Shown here: positions 51,921 through 63,973 of the stretch, in pieces
Numbering within the stretch: position 1 is the first letter of the stretch
Layout: each line of letters starts with the position of its first letter
Assembly (NCBI RefSeq): GCF_006345805.1
Contig: NC_043008.1
Coordinates: forward strand, 23,684,001-23,748,000
Source: Octopus sinensis
Taxonomy: Eukaryota
Direction: 5' to 3'
Length of the DNA: 64,000 bases
Notes under the pieces: model-generated
The model's database searches: none
The model's input: the letters and a program-made list of their open reading frames with translations, nothing else
What the model was told of the DNA's origin: nothing
Program-made: the position numbers and the translations under genes

Positions 51921-52174
51921 CCTTGGAGTTCGTTTTCATTCACCGTTTGTTTTCTTGTTTCATCTTTTGCATCTACCTGTATGTTCTCTTATATCACGCC
52001 CTATCTTAGAAATAAAAGCAACCATGTCTATTTGAGCCTGAAAGATTGCTCGGAGACACAAGGCACATTCTATATACCTGCTGATGTATTGTGTATCCAC
52101 GGCATGACACTATTAGCAGCTCACATTTAAGTACTGTGTATATTAAATGATATTTACCTCTCACTGGATGGATT

Positions 52175-52432
52175 TCCAGTCATTAGACAGTGGTCATGCT
52201 GGAGAACGGTCTTGAAGAATTTTTAGTCGAATGAATCGACCCAGTACTTATTCCCTTTAAGCCTGGTACTTACTCTATCATTCTACTTGCTGAAACGCTA
52301 AGTTTCCGCCTGTCAACTCCACTCACAAGACTTTGGTCGGCCCGAGGATATAGTAGAAGACACTTCCCCAAGGTGTCACGCAGTAGAACTGAAACTGGAA
52401 CCATGTAGTTAGGAAGTAAGCTTCTTACCACA
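52175..52432 (-). mobile_element. SINE family A-related copy with internal deletion
   Basis: CACTCACAAGACTTTGGTCGGCCCGAGG..GAACCATGTAG. Confidence 0.8.
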
Positions 52433-52433
52433 C

Positions 52434-52529
<96 letters not shown>

Positions 52530-52631
52530 CAAAACAGTTTGATTAAAACTCCTTGGTACTCTGAGTTGTGGCTAGTCTTCAGACATCAATAGACAGACAG
52601 ACAAATAGATAGATAGATAGATAAGATAGAC

Positions 52632-52697
<66 letters not shown>

Positions 52698-53106
52698 AGA
52701 TAGATATGGCCAGTTTATGGCGTTACTCTAAATAGGGTTCAGTAAAATAATTTACTTTACCACACACTGAACTTTTTAGAAATAGCAGCCAAAAATTTTA
52801 GATATTTCTTCTACTGTAAGAAAAATCTCCCAGACAATGCATGCTCAAAAATAACTCACACAGGTATAGAGGGGAAAATAACGAAAGATCACACCTATAT
52901 AAGATTACCTGAGAACAGGCCCGTTTCTGTATCACTCTGTATGTATCACTCTGTAACCCATGTGGGTGGAAGGGGACGAATGCGAGACCTCACTTGTATT
53001 TTTGAATTCGTTGGTACTGGCGGTCTGATATGGTTTGTCTGGGATCACTCATACCGGACGGGTATGTTTGATTTTTAGTACTTTCAAATCCAAATATAAG
53101 AAATCC

Positions 53107-53170
53107 TTGAGCTGACAAAGGAAATGTTGATCTTTATAATCAACTAATCCAGAAACGGGCCTGTTCTCAG
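53107..53170 (+). ncRNA. HHR copy 1, core CTGACAA (G8 to A, likely inactive)
   Basis: TTGAG-CTGACAA-AGGA..TCCA-GAAA-CGGGCCT-GTT-CTCAG. Confidence 0.55.
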
Positions 53171-53670
53171 GTAATCTTATATAGGTGTGATCTTTCGTTA
53201 TTTTTCCCTCTATACCTGTATGAGTTATTTTTGAGTATGCATTCTCTGGGAAATTTTTCTTACAGTAGAAGAAATAGCTAAAATTTTTGGCTGCTATTTC
53301 TAAAAAGTTCGGTGTGTAGTAAAGTAAATTATTCTACTGAACCCTATTTTTATAATGTAACGTTTCAAATATACCGTAAATGGTCTTTTTACATACTGAA
53401 CACTACTTGGTAAAATTAATTAATAATTAATTAGTTTTACCCTTTTATTATTGACAATATAATTCTCTCTCCCTGAAATTTTAACTACAGTTCTCTCTGT
53501 AGAAATGTATCACTCTGTAACCCACGTGGGAGGAAGGGGACGAATGCGAGACCTCACTTGTATTTTTGAATTCGTTGGTACTGGCGGTCTGATATGTTTT
53601 GTCTGGGATTACTCATACCAGACGGGTATGTTTGATTTTTAGTACTTTCAAATCCAAATATAAGAAATCC

Positions 53671-53734
53671 TTGAGCTGACGAAGGAAATGTTGATCTTTA
53701 TAATCAACTAATCCAGAAACGGCCCTGTTCTCAG
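53671..53734 (+). ncRNA. HHR copy 2, core CTGACGA
   Basis: TTGAG-CTGACGA-AGGA(AATGTTGAT..ATCAACTAA)TCCA-GAAA-CGGCCCT-GTT-CTCAG; 5-bp stem I. Confidence 0.65.
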
Positions 53735-53928
53735 GTAATCTAATATAGGTGTGATCTTTCGTTATTTTTCCCTCTCTACCTGTGAGAGTTATTTTTGAGT
53801 ATGCATTGTCTGGGAGATTTTTCTTACAGTAGAAGAATATCTAAAATTTTTGGCTGCTATTTCTAAAAAGTTCGGTGTGTGGTAAAGTAAATTATTTTAC
53901 TGAACCCTATTTTTATAATATATATATA

Positions 53929-54016
<88 letters not shown>

Positions 54017-54166
54017 TATATATATGCATATATATATATATATATAACATATATATATACATATATATATATACATATATATATACAAATATATATATAT
54101 ACATACATATATATATACATATACATATATACATATGTACATATATATATACATACATATATATAT

Positions 54167-54218
<52 letters not shown>

Positions 54219-54286
54219 TATATATATGCATATATATCATCTATATGTACTACACACACACACACACAAATATATATATATATATC

Positions 54287-54321
<35 letters not shown>

Positions 54322-54344
54322 TGCATAGAATGTATAAAAATTTG

Positions 54345-55435
54345 CAGTCCGATATGTGCGCAGGGCGATGAAACCGTTCAGCATGCGCTCGTCCATTGTC
54401 GGGCATTGCTGACTTATGCAGCTTTGTGGAACAGAAGTCAACACGTGTAGGATGGATCCGGTTATCAACCGAGTCCATTGTAAAGATCGCCCCGTCGCCT
54501 TCTTTCGGCCGAGAAGGGAAAGCAATTTTTCTCTATCTGGTAGCTATAGCGGAAACGGTCGTGTGGTGGACAGGATTGAAAAGACTGATGACAGATACTT
54601 TCCTCTTCGGCCAAGCTCTCGTCGACTTTCATCTGACAGCATTGTCTTGCCTTTAGAGCTGTTCTCGAACCGGTAAAGCTTCCCAGTAGCACTGCTAAGC
54701 TAAGGATTTCAGATAATTATCCATAGGCCCAGGTCCGAAAGTCTTCCGGAAAAGACCAGCTAGACAATTCTTATCGGGTTTCTCCGAAGAGCTTGTCGCT
54801 CATGCCCGCCACTAATCCCCTATAAAATTCCAACGTGGAATTTCCACTGACCGCATTACCCGATGGCTGAGGGCTATGAGCGCTTGCCGACGCTTCGGGT
54901 GTTAAGCATCCTTTCTTGGGCTACGCTTGATTCAGGACTGTAGCTCTGTCCATGAGACGAGCTGCGGAAAATTCTGTCCGGCAAACAGTCACTACACCTG
55001 CTCACTGTTAAGAAAACGCTGAAGATGTCGCAGCCTCAGCGATGTCTACGTATCATTGACTACAACACACCCGACCCTCCACTCAGCAGCTGCTGACAGT
55101 AGATGTACCGTCTAACGAGCGGATCACATCACTTCCACAGAAAGCGGAAGAGCAAGCTTTCCAGTTTGATCAGCCAGAAATCCCCGAAAAAGTGTGACAT
55201 ATGAAAATAAAGCTCGAAGTGCATATCATCCAGTTCCAGAGATTTCTCCCCTGCGCAGCTCATCATCATATCTTTGGCTTTAATCAGCATCTACCAGAAT
55301 GCCGCATCCCTGAACGAAATGCGTGGTATATCAGCCTGTCCCAGACTCACCACGTGTCTCGTACACTTCAGTGAAGTGTCGATGAAATTCTGCATACAGC
55401 TGTTTGTATTCGAGTAGCATGCGTCTGTCCAAGCC
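54345..55435. mobile_element. Tx1/L1-clade LINE relic with its terminal segment inverted
   Basis: Minus 55435-54634: GEKSLELDDMHFELY, LFRKTFGPGPMDNY..EALPVR; plus 54345-54634: [15 protein letters not shown] zinc knuckle and C-terminus. Confidence 0.75.
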
Positions 55436-55629
55436 TATTCAAAATCGAATTGTGGACTTGTCACGTTGCACCAGTTATATTGCTTCTTTTACGTTGCACC
55501 AGTTATATTGCTTCTTTTACGTTGTATAAAGGGGACACAAAAGGATTCCCGAACTATTCTAACTTCATAATAAACACACCAGATACGTGCACATGCACGC
55601 ACACACATACACACACGCACGCACGCACG

Positions 55630-55691
<62 letters not shown>

Positions 55692-56962
55692 CGCATAAAC
55701 ATATGTTCTTAAATGGTTTCTTACACACGCTCATGTTTCAATATGAGGAAAAGGAATTTGTTGATTATATCACTCTCAGTACTGTATTTGATATTCCACC
55801 GAAGGTTGACAAAAAATGACAACGCTGGGATTTGAACACAAGACGTAAGAATTTGCAACTAATTACCACAAGGCATGTTGTCTAACGCTCTACCAAGTTT
55901 AAGCTTCGGTAATTAAAGTACGAAGACATTAACTGAAGAAAAGACTGAAGTAGTTTATTCTTCGAATGTTCACCGCGGATGGCTTACCAAATAGGGATAA
56001 GTGAAAGGAAATGATACGTATTTAAAATACATTGAATTTAGAGCAGAGTAACGTCTAGAAGAATGGAGAGATAATTTTAAATCAGAAGGTTAACGTTTAG
56101 GCAAATGTCAAAGACGAAGGTTTATCAAAACCTCGCGGGAAATGTTGAGGAAAGGAGGAAATATATATAGTGAAAAGAAAGTTAATAAAAATAAAAGATG
56201 AAAATTTAAAGACGAGAGTAGAAATGGGCTAAAGGGAATAATATCAGATATTAAACCAACATGCCGGGGTGTATGTAGTGTGAATGCAAGCTGAAGTAAG
56301 TAATTATATTTCGCTTCCAAATTATATTTTATTGCATCAGCTGTAAAGATGACTGTCGTTAAATTTTTCTTATTTTAAACGAGATAGTGTTAATCTTTAA
56401 CCGTTATAGTTGAAAGAATCGTGTGTTGTGACTAATAAATAGTTGCCTTTGAGAACATAATAAATTATGATTTGTAGGATCTACTTTTATATTTTATAGT
56501 TGTGGATTTTATAGAAAGCCAACTTGTTTATTCAGGAATGTAAGCTGTTACGTGTTCGTTACCACTGTTTATTCTAAATAATAATTTATGGTTGTCAGTT
56601 ATTTTAGAGATGAGAATTAGCTTTCATATTAAACTTGAATTATATACGGTTAAATGAGTCTGCGTAATTGGTTGCCTCAGTTTTTAAATTGTGGATTCTC
56701 AAGTAGATTTTGGTAATCTAAATATTCGTAAAATGTTTGGATTACTTATAGGAGGGTGGTAGTTGTTACTGGATATAAAGTATATATGTGAGAGATTTAT
56801 AGGATAGTTTTGGTCAACGGGAATTCGTATAATTAAAAATGAAAGAACCTGATTTTTATATGAAAACATTTCCAAAACTGATAGGTTACGTTCAGACCGA
56901 GGTACTCTCATTTCTATCAATGCTGTGTACAATCTTATACCCTGATTATAAATTTATATATA

Positions 56963-57148
56963 GACGCAGGCGTGTCTGTGTGGGAAGAAGCTTGCTTCCC
57001 AGCCACATTGTTCTAGGTTCAGTCCCACTGCATGGCACCTTGAGCAAGTACCTTTTACTATGGTCTCGGGCTGACCAAAGCCTTGTGAGTGGATTTGGCA
57101 GAAGGAAACGGAAAGAAGTCTGTCGTGTGTGCGTGTATATATATATAG
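56963..57148 (+). mobile_element. SINE family A, 5' half
   Basis: Head through GAAAGAAGTCTGTCG, ending in the central TG/TA tract. Confidence 0.85.
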
Positions 57149-58722
57149 CGAAAATACTAGAGATTCAGTATACACCAGGTGGCAGAATTATGAGTTGAAA
57201 ATATGTGGAGAACATAAAAAGTGGAATAGAAATGCTTTCGTTTCACATAATTTAATATCTTTTTATAAAGAATTTAAAAAAAATATATATACATATTTTA
57301 TGGATGTCGTGATGTCCAACCAGTTTTCACTATTTACATTAGCTTTTCAAGGGACATTGTGAAGTAATCAATTCTTGTGACAAAGGGATCTTGCCATTTT
57401 GGATATTTGAAAAATAAGAATGAGTCTCGAGAGTGGACCAAGGGAGGCAACAGGTGGCAAGGGGGACAACTAACTCCTCAGAATAATTTTTGAAGTGTTC
57501 AAGTTTGTATATTAAGGTGTGGCCTGTACTTTTGTATGAACAGGGTTTTCTTGTTTAGACGTTCTTGTAAGGAGGTTGAATCTTTGCATTGGTATAATGG
57601 AAAGATATGGAAATTCGGCGTTTTGTTTCTTTTGGTATCTGTCGATATGTTCACTCAGGGCTATCTGCCTGTATTGAGGAAAACGAACCTGCTCTTTATG
57701 CAGCGTGACTCTGCGTCTTAAAGTAAGACTCATTTGGCCCACATAATAGGTTGGGACATAGATAAAGTTCTGGGAATCACATGTGAAGTTGGTCTTAATT
57801 GAGAATTTTTCTCCTTGCTGGAATGTGAATTCCGAGCCTTTAGTAAGGTATGGGCATGTACCACAATTAGGTCGTCTGCATTTTTAACAGTTGGTATCGT
57901 ATGTATTGAGTATAATTTTGCACTTTTTAGGAGTCTCTTGAGTGATTTGTGTTGTTTTTTTGCATTTGAGGAGTTTATGTGTATTTAGAATGTTGTTCAT
58001 TTTCGGGTCTTGAGTGAGCAGAGGGAGATTTTGTACAATTGTATTGTACGTTTCATTGTTTCTGGGGTTGTGGGTTGATATGTATGGGAATGATTTAAAG
58101 TGAGGTGTGGTGTTTTTTTTATTGTCCTTAGTGTGTTTGTGTCCAATTTCTTGGAACGTGTAATTTCATAGTCTATTAGTGTGGGTGGGTATTAACGTTC
58201 AATGAGTGTTATTTTGAGGTCTTGTAGGCGAAGTTCCCGAGTGGTTGTGTCAGATAAAATTGTACAGATTATTTTGCTAGATTGAAGGGGATATTTATTT
58301 TGGTGTGTTTAGGATGCCATGAACTGAAAAGGAGATACTGTTTTGAGTCTGTTGGTTTGTAGTAGATGTCAGTTTCAATTTAGTTCTTGGATTTTTTATA
58401 ATCAAAATGTCTAGAAATGGTAGCTGTTCCTTGCTATATTCCATTGTAAATTGGATGTTGGGGTTTATATTGTTCAGTGTGGATTTGAAATCCAGGAATT
58501 TATCATAGGTTTCATTCCAGGTGATAAAACAATCGTCTAGGTACCTTTTCCAGTTTTCTCTTATATACTGGTGGAATGGGGGTCCAAATTTTTGGAGCGG
58601 AAGTTCATATAGGGTAGATTCAAAGAAACCCATTATTAGGTTCGCAAAGACAGGCGCTGCTTTCGTTCCCATTGTAATACCGCATTTTTGGCGGTAGTAT
58701 GTTGCATCGAATAGGAAGTAAT
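57149..58722 (-). mobile_element. 5'-truncated, degenerate Neptune-type PLE related to 7921-11304
   Basis: GITMGTKAAPVFANL, WKRYLDDCF, LPFLD, RLNKKTLFIQKYRPHLN*; homologous 3' UTR. Confidence 0.9.
57312..57357 (-). ncRNA. HHR-like motif with UUGAAAA core
   Basis: ATGTCC-C-TTGAAAA-GCTA(ATGTAAA)TAGT-GAAA-ACTGG-TT-GGACAT. Confidence 0.6.
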
Positions 58723-58723
58723 T

Positions 58724-58922
58724 GTTTTTTGTGTCTGTGTTTGTCCCACGACCATCGCTTGACAACAGATCTTGGTGTGTTTATGTACCCATAACTTAGA
58801 GGTTCGGCAGGAAAATGCGTTAGAAGAAGTACTAGGCTTACAAAGAATAAGTCCTGTTCGACTAGGGGTGGTGCTCCAGCATGACCGCAGTTAAAATGAC
58901 TGAAACAAGTAAAATAATAAAA
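58724..58922 (+). mobile_element. SINE family A, 3' half
   Basis: GTGTCTGTGTTTGTCCC..GGTGCTCCAGCATGACCGCAG..GAAACAAGTAAAA. Confidence 0.88.
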
Positions 58923-58961
58923 AATATATATGTAAATTTGTGTAAACTAGAAAGAAAGAAG

Positions 58962-59038
<77 letters not shown>

Positions 59039-59044
59039 GTAGAC

Positions 59045-59133
<89 letters not shown>

Positions 59134-59527
59134 TGCATGTGTGAAATTCTAAAGATTTGATAAATGTTCTGATTACTCAAACAAAATATCATGTATTCAA
59201 TTTTTTCCAAAACAAAAACGTTCCATTAGTAAATCGAATTCCAATTAAAGGCTATGTGAAATATACTTAACCATCATTCTCTTGAGACTTAAAATAATAA
59301 AAAATATACCTTTACAAACACTCGGCATGTATAGCATTCAGAACAAAGAGTTCTTCCTACAAATACCACGTTTTTTTCTATCTTTCGCATCCTCGATTGC
59401 ACATCGATTATTAGGAAACATAAGGGAAAAACCCGAACAACTAAACATACTGATATATATTTATGCATATGTTTATTTATTGTATATCTAAAGGTCTGCG
59501 AGTATATATGTATGTACGTCCACAAGA

Positions 59528-59600
<73 letters not shown>

Positions 59601-60249
59601 TACATGCATACAGACATAATACACACACACATAGATATGTTACATAGATAGATATACGTGTGTACATATGTAATGGTGAATAGATAATAACAAAAACGTT
59701 TTACAATTTCTTGTTTTTGATATATATATATGTGTGTGTATGTGTGAGTGTGTTTATGTGTGTACATATGTATGTATCTATCTAATATGCGCAGACAGAT
59801 GTATACAAATATGTATACAAATGTGAAGCTGCACCTTTTCTAATAGAGGATATGTAAAAATAACATGCGCGTATTTATGTCGGATTTTGTTTTATACGCT
59901 TTAATAAGAGACTTCTTACGAAAAAGAAAAACACGACAAACAAAATATAGAAACTATATATACGCCACGTTCACTAAGAAACATTAAATATTTCATAATC
60001 TTATTTATATAACACGCTTCAGAAAATTAAGTCTATACAAATTACGTATATATTTACATATAAATTTATATATAATCTGCCTGCCTATCTATCTGTCTAT
60101 ATACACTCACAAATGATCTCCCGCACGATCGTGCACGTGTACACACACAAACACACACACACGCACTTTCGGATATATACATGCATATACATACACACAC
60201 ATATTTATGTATAAGTGTGTATACATATACATATATATTTTTTCTCGCC

Positions 60250-60501
60250 CTTTTCAAGCCTAGCCAGGCTCATGGACCCGGTTTCCTGGTTTCTCTGGCG
60301 TATGTGTCCCCCCCCCCAGCTGGACGGGACACCAGTCTATCGCAGCGTTACTCAAGAAACAAGAAAAAAGAGTGAGAGAAAGTTGTGGCGAAAGAGTACA
60401 ACAGGGGTCGCCCCCCTCCCCCGCGGAGCCTTGTGCTGCTTTAGGTGTTTTCGCTCAATAAACACACGCAACGCCTTAACCACTGGGCCATTGCGCCTCC
60501 A
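60250..60501 (-). mobile_element. SINE family B mosaic copy, B-box region deleted
   Basis: Head TGGAGGCGCAATGGCCCAGTGG; middle shared with 16815-17126; tail shared with 30312-30555. Confidence 0.8.
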
Positions 60502-60512
60502 CTATATATATT

Positions 60513-60799
60513 CGATATAGTGTATATTTAAACACATAGAGAATCCATTTATAGGGATTCTAACGCATTAGAAGAACAGCTAAGTTCTATGACCACAAAA
60601 AAAGTTCTCCGTGACTCGCTAAAAGATGCTTAGAAACCAATTGGTCCAGGAAACTTGATGGGAAATGTTTTTCATTTCCAAATTTATTCCTGTCGAATTT
60701 TATCCCTAATTTTTGTGGTTATAGAACTTAGCTGTTCTTTTTAATGAGTTAGAATCCCTATAAGTGGATTCTCTATGTGTTTAAATATACACTATATCG
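60513..60799 (+). mobile_element. foldback cassette: about 90-bp inverted repeats around an HHR relic
   Basis: 60513-60601 / 60710-60799; GAAACCAATTGGTC (palindrome + GUC) at 60633-60646. Confidence 0.82.
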
Positions 60800-61084
60800 T
60801 ATGACTAATATATAGTCTTCTTGACTAAAACTTTTTACGCGTTAGACCACTGTAAATGCAAATTTTAATTGAATGTATTTAATTTTAATTAAATTCCATT
60901 TCCCTTTGATATGATTATATATATATATATATATATATTCTGTGTTCCTTTCTGTGGAAGAGCGTAGGCTGGAAACCTAAAAGACTTTTTCAATTCCCCA
61001 GCGTAATACCAATACATCTGTTTGTTTTGTACACCACCTTCTTCGTCTTTTGTTTTTTCGTGAATTCTCTCCATATATATATAT

Positions 61085-61118
<34 letters not shown>

Positions 61119-61145
61119 ATATATATATATATATATACTAAGCGA

Positions 61146-61764
61146 TAAAGGGTTTAGCAACGAATTGCCTTACCACATACCGAATTTAGAAATAGCAGTC
61201 AAAGAGTTATAGCTATTTCTTCTACTAAAAAGGGAGATCTCAGTAAAAACAGCAATTGGAAGGCAGACACAAACAGGTAAGAGAGAATGAATTGACGGCA
61301 ATCTATCATACATTTTTAAGTTATCTACGGACGTACGTTTCGAAATCAAGTTTTTAGGAAAGCATAAGAATTAAATATTAAATATTAAATAATTCTATCT
61401 TACCGAAACTTCTTTTCTCTTCAGCGTAGAATACTATAATCATAAATGATTATATATTGAATTTTGAGATACTAGAAGGCACCAACTCAACTCAGTATCA
61501 GAGCGAGCTAGAATCCGCAACTAGTATCACCGAATTCAATTTGTGAATGAAACGATTGTGTCACCAGCCCCTTCCCACCCGCGTGTAGCCAAAACAAGAT
61601 GCTGGTCATCTACTGAGATAAAATATGGTTATCCGTAATAATGAAGGGTGAAATTAATTAATTTGGAATAATTATCAATTACACCAAGTAGACTACATGC
61701 CGAAGACTACTTGGTGTAATTGATAATTATTCCAAATTAATTAATTTCACCCTTCATTATTACG
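61146..61764 (-). mobile_element. about 546-nt HHR unit homologous to the 53 kb unit, with a 58-bp perfect 5' hairpin
   Basis: Shared blocks CTACTTGGT, CACGYGGGWGGRAGGGG, TTGAATTCG, AGTAGAAGAAATAGCTA, GCTATTTCTAAA; hairpin 61634-61691 / 61707-61764. Confidence 0.85.
61324..61430 (-). ncRNA. canonical type I hammerhead ribozyme with long stem II insertion
   Basis: TCTACG-CTGAAGA-GAAA..TTTC-GAAA-CGTAC-GTC-CGTAGA; palindromic ACGTACGT. Confidence 0.86.
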
Positions 61765-61769
61765 TATAT

Positions 61770-61862
<93 letters not shown>

Positions 61863-61869
61863 GGATAGC

Positions 61870-62690
61870 TATGACCTCTGCACTGTTCCATAGGCCCCTG
61901 ATGTTCTGTCTATAGTGAGGACCACGTACTGCACTAGTTTGGTATGTGGAAAGCTGAAGCAGAGACTGATGACATTCTGTCTTCACTTACGCACCCAGAT
62001 ATGGTGGGTGCAACGCAAGATCGTCGGAAGGGACTTGGATTTGGCGCAGATCGGTTCAAACCGCTTGCAAGTATGATGTCAAACCAATGCAGATCTGTTG
62101 TTAGTAACAGCGTCAAAAGAAAGGAATCAGAGAGAAGAGAGCTATTGAGAGGTCGCTGCAGATTTACCAGAGATTTTTTCACATCCCGATGGGAAGAAAC
62201 CGGATATCATAATATGGTATGAAAAAATGTAGTTAATCTAGCGGAGTTAACGGTTCCTCATGAAGATAACATGGACGCCTCTCGCGCTCGAATGATTGAC
62301 CGTTATAAAAACTTTCTGGAGGAATATGAAGACGCAGGTTGGAATGTGAAGTATTTTCCAATCGAAGTTGGATGTAGAGGATTCGTTGAGCAAATTGTGA
62401 GGCGATTGTTGTTATCGTAAAGCAAATACCACTATGAGTGGAAAAGACAAACCACTGAGTTTGGTTTAAAAGAGACGATGAGTAATGGCTAGAAGAATAT
62501 TGAGCGAAACCTGATAACCAGTTGATCTCGCAAGTGGGGCCTCAATTTAGTGAGGGGGACAGGTGTGCAATGATTCCCTCGAGAGGTAGGGCCCAAAGCG
62601 GCGTGCATTCTCTCCTGATGACTCCATAAACTTGCTGGTTTCCAGTATGCAGAGCTTTCGACTGGTAGCACTTTGCAAGTGTTGTTTGTA
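61870..62690 (+). mobile_element. RLE-type non-LTR retrotransposon relic, HERO-like
   Basis: LTHPDMVGATQDRRKGLG; ELTVPHEDNM..RY..L...GW..FPIEVGCRGF restriction-like endonuclease motif. Confidence 0.75.
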
Positions 62691-62708
62691 AAGATATCTA
62701 AAAATATA

Positions 62709-63973
62709 TTGGATTGGCATCTAAGTTCCCGCCCTTGTTTTAAATTTTAGAATCTATTGCGTTTTTAAATTTTGGAATCTATTTTTTTCGAGAATTCTAT
62801 TTCTGAGTCATTTTGGAATTTTTTTTCTAGTTAATTTTAGTTAATATTTATTTATTTCCAGATTATTATAATGGAATGTCAAGTTAATAAAAACGAGCAT
62901 TTTCGACACCTTCTTTTTGCCTTTAATCAAGGTTCTAAGGCCGCAAAAGCTGCTCGCGACATTAGTGCTGTGTATGGAAAGGGTGCCATAGCTGAAAGAA
63001 CCGCTCGTGATTGGTATGCCAAGTTCAAAAATGGAAATTTTGATCTCAAAGACACACTTCATTCTGGCCGTTCAGTCGAGCAATTAAAGCAACTTTTGCA
63101 CGAAATTCTCGTCAAACGACACGTCAGAGAAAATGGAATGTTCCCACACTGCTATAGAGAAGTATCTTCACTCGATGGGAAAGGTTCAGAAGCATGGAGC
63201 ATGGGTTCCGCATGCTTTAAGTGACAACAACAAAAATCAACGATCCACAATCTCCGCTGGTTTGCTCGGTCGTAACCATTCAACTCATCGACACAAGCAA
63301 CGATTTCTTTACCGAATCGTCATTGGCGACGGAAAATGGTGCATGCACATCAATATAAAGCAGCGTAAGGAATGGCTTAGCCCCGGTAAACAAGCTACAC
63401 CGCGCGTGAAGCAAGATCTTCGTCCGCGTAAAACGATGTTGTACGTATGATGGGACTGGGAAGGGATTATTTATTACGAATTGCTTGAACGGAACCAAAC
63501 AGTCAACGCGGAACTCTATGTTCAACAGATGGAACGACTCAACACGGCTATTCAAGAGAAAAGACCTAATCTCGGCAGCATGGAGTTCTTCTGCTGCACG
63601 ACAACGCCCGTCTTCATATCGCCAATATAACCAAGGAAGGCATTCAAACGCATACCTGGGAAGTGCTGCCACACTCGCCGTACTCTCCTGATTTGGCATC
63701 AACGGATTTCCACCTCTTTCGATCTCTTCAAATGCTATGCACGGAGTTTCGTTCAATACTGATAAAGTATTGAGAGCTTGGTTGGATCAATTTTTCGTGT
63801 CGAAATCGGGTGATTTCTACCAACGAGGTATTGAAAATCGTGTTGAACGTTGGGAAGAAGTTGTAAACAACAAGGGTGAATACATTATTAATTAATTAGT
63901 TTTTATTTGTTTTAGTAAACCTTTTAAAAGATTTAACTTTTAAAAAACGACTGGTACTTAGTTGCCAACACAA
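62709..63973 (+). mobile_element. full-length mariner (1265 bp), transposase frameshifted
   Basis: TIRs TTGGATTGGCATCTAAGT / TTGTGTTGGCAACTAAGT with TA duplication at both ends; WVPHAL, GDGKW, HDNAR, YSPDLA motifs. Confidence 0.93.

Larger units (their letters stand above)
52730..53915 (+). mobile_element. retrozyme-like / PLE pLTR array: inverted A, B-HHR-A, spacer, B-HHR-A
   Basis: 200-bp inverted repeat 52730-52929 / 53150-53349; 564-nt direct tandem. Confidence 0.88.

Noticed and set aside
54345-54634. L1-style twin-priming inversion
   Set aside because: The junction joins two 3' ends, whereas twin priming joins 5' ends
55930-55975. CTGAAGA-AAAGA..TCTTC-GAATGTTC
   Set aside because: GAAA and stem I are missing
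58295-58765. 156-aa ORF with its own start codon
   Set aside because: The Met and first 13 or so residues come from the antisense SINE half; the rest is truncated PLE RT
62575-62650. Type II or III HHR in the HERO-like 3' UTR (GAGAG..CTCTC-CTGATGA)
   Set aside because: A stem I-like pairing exists but there is no GAAA in a compatible position with a valid stem III
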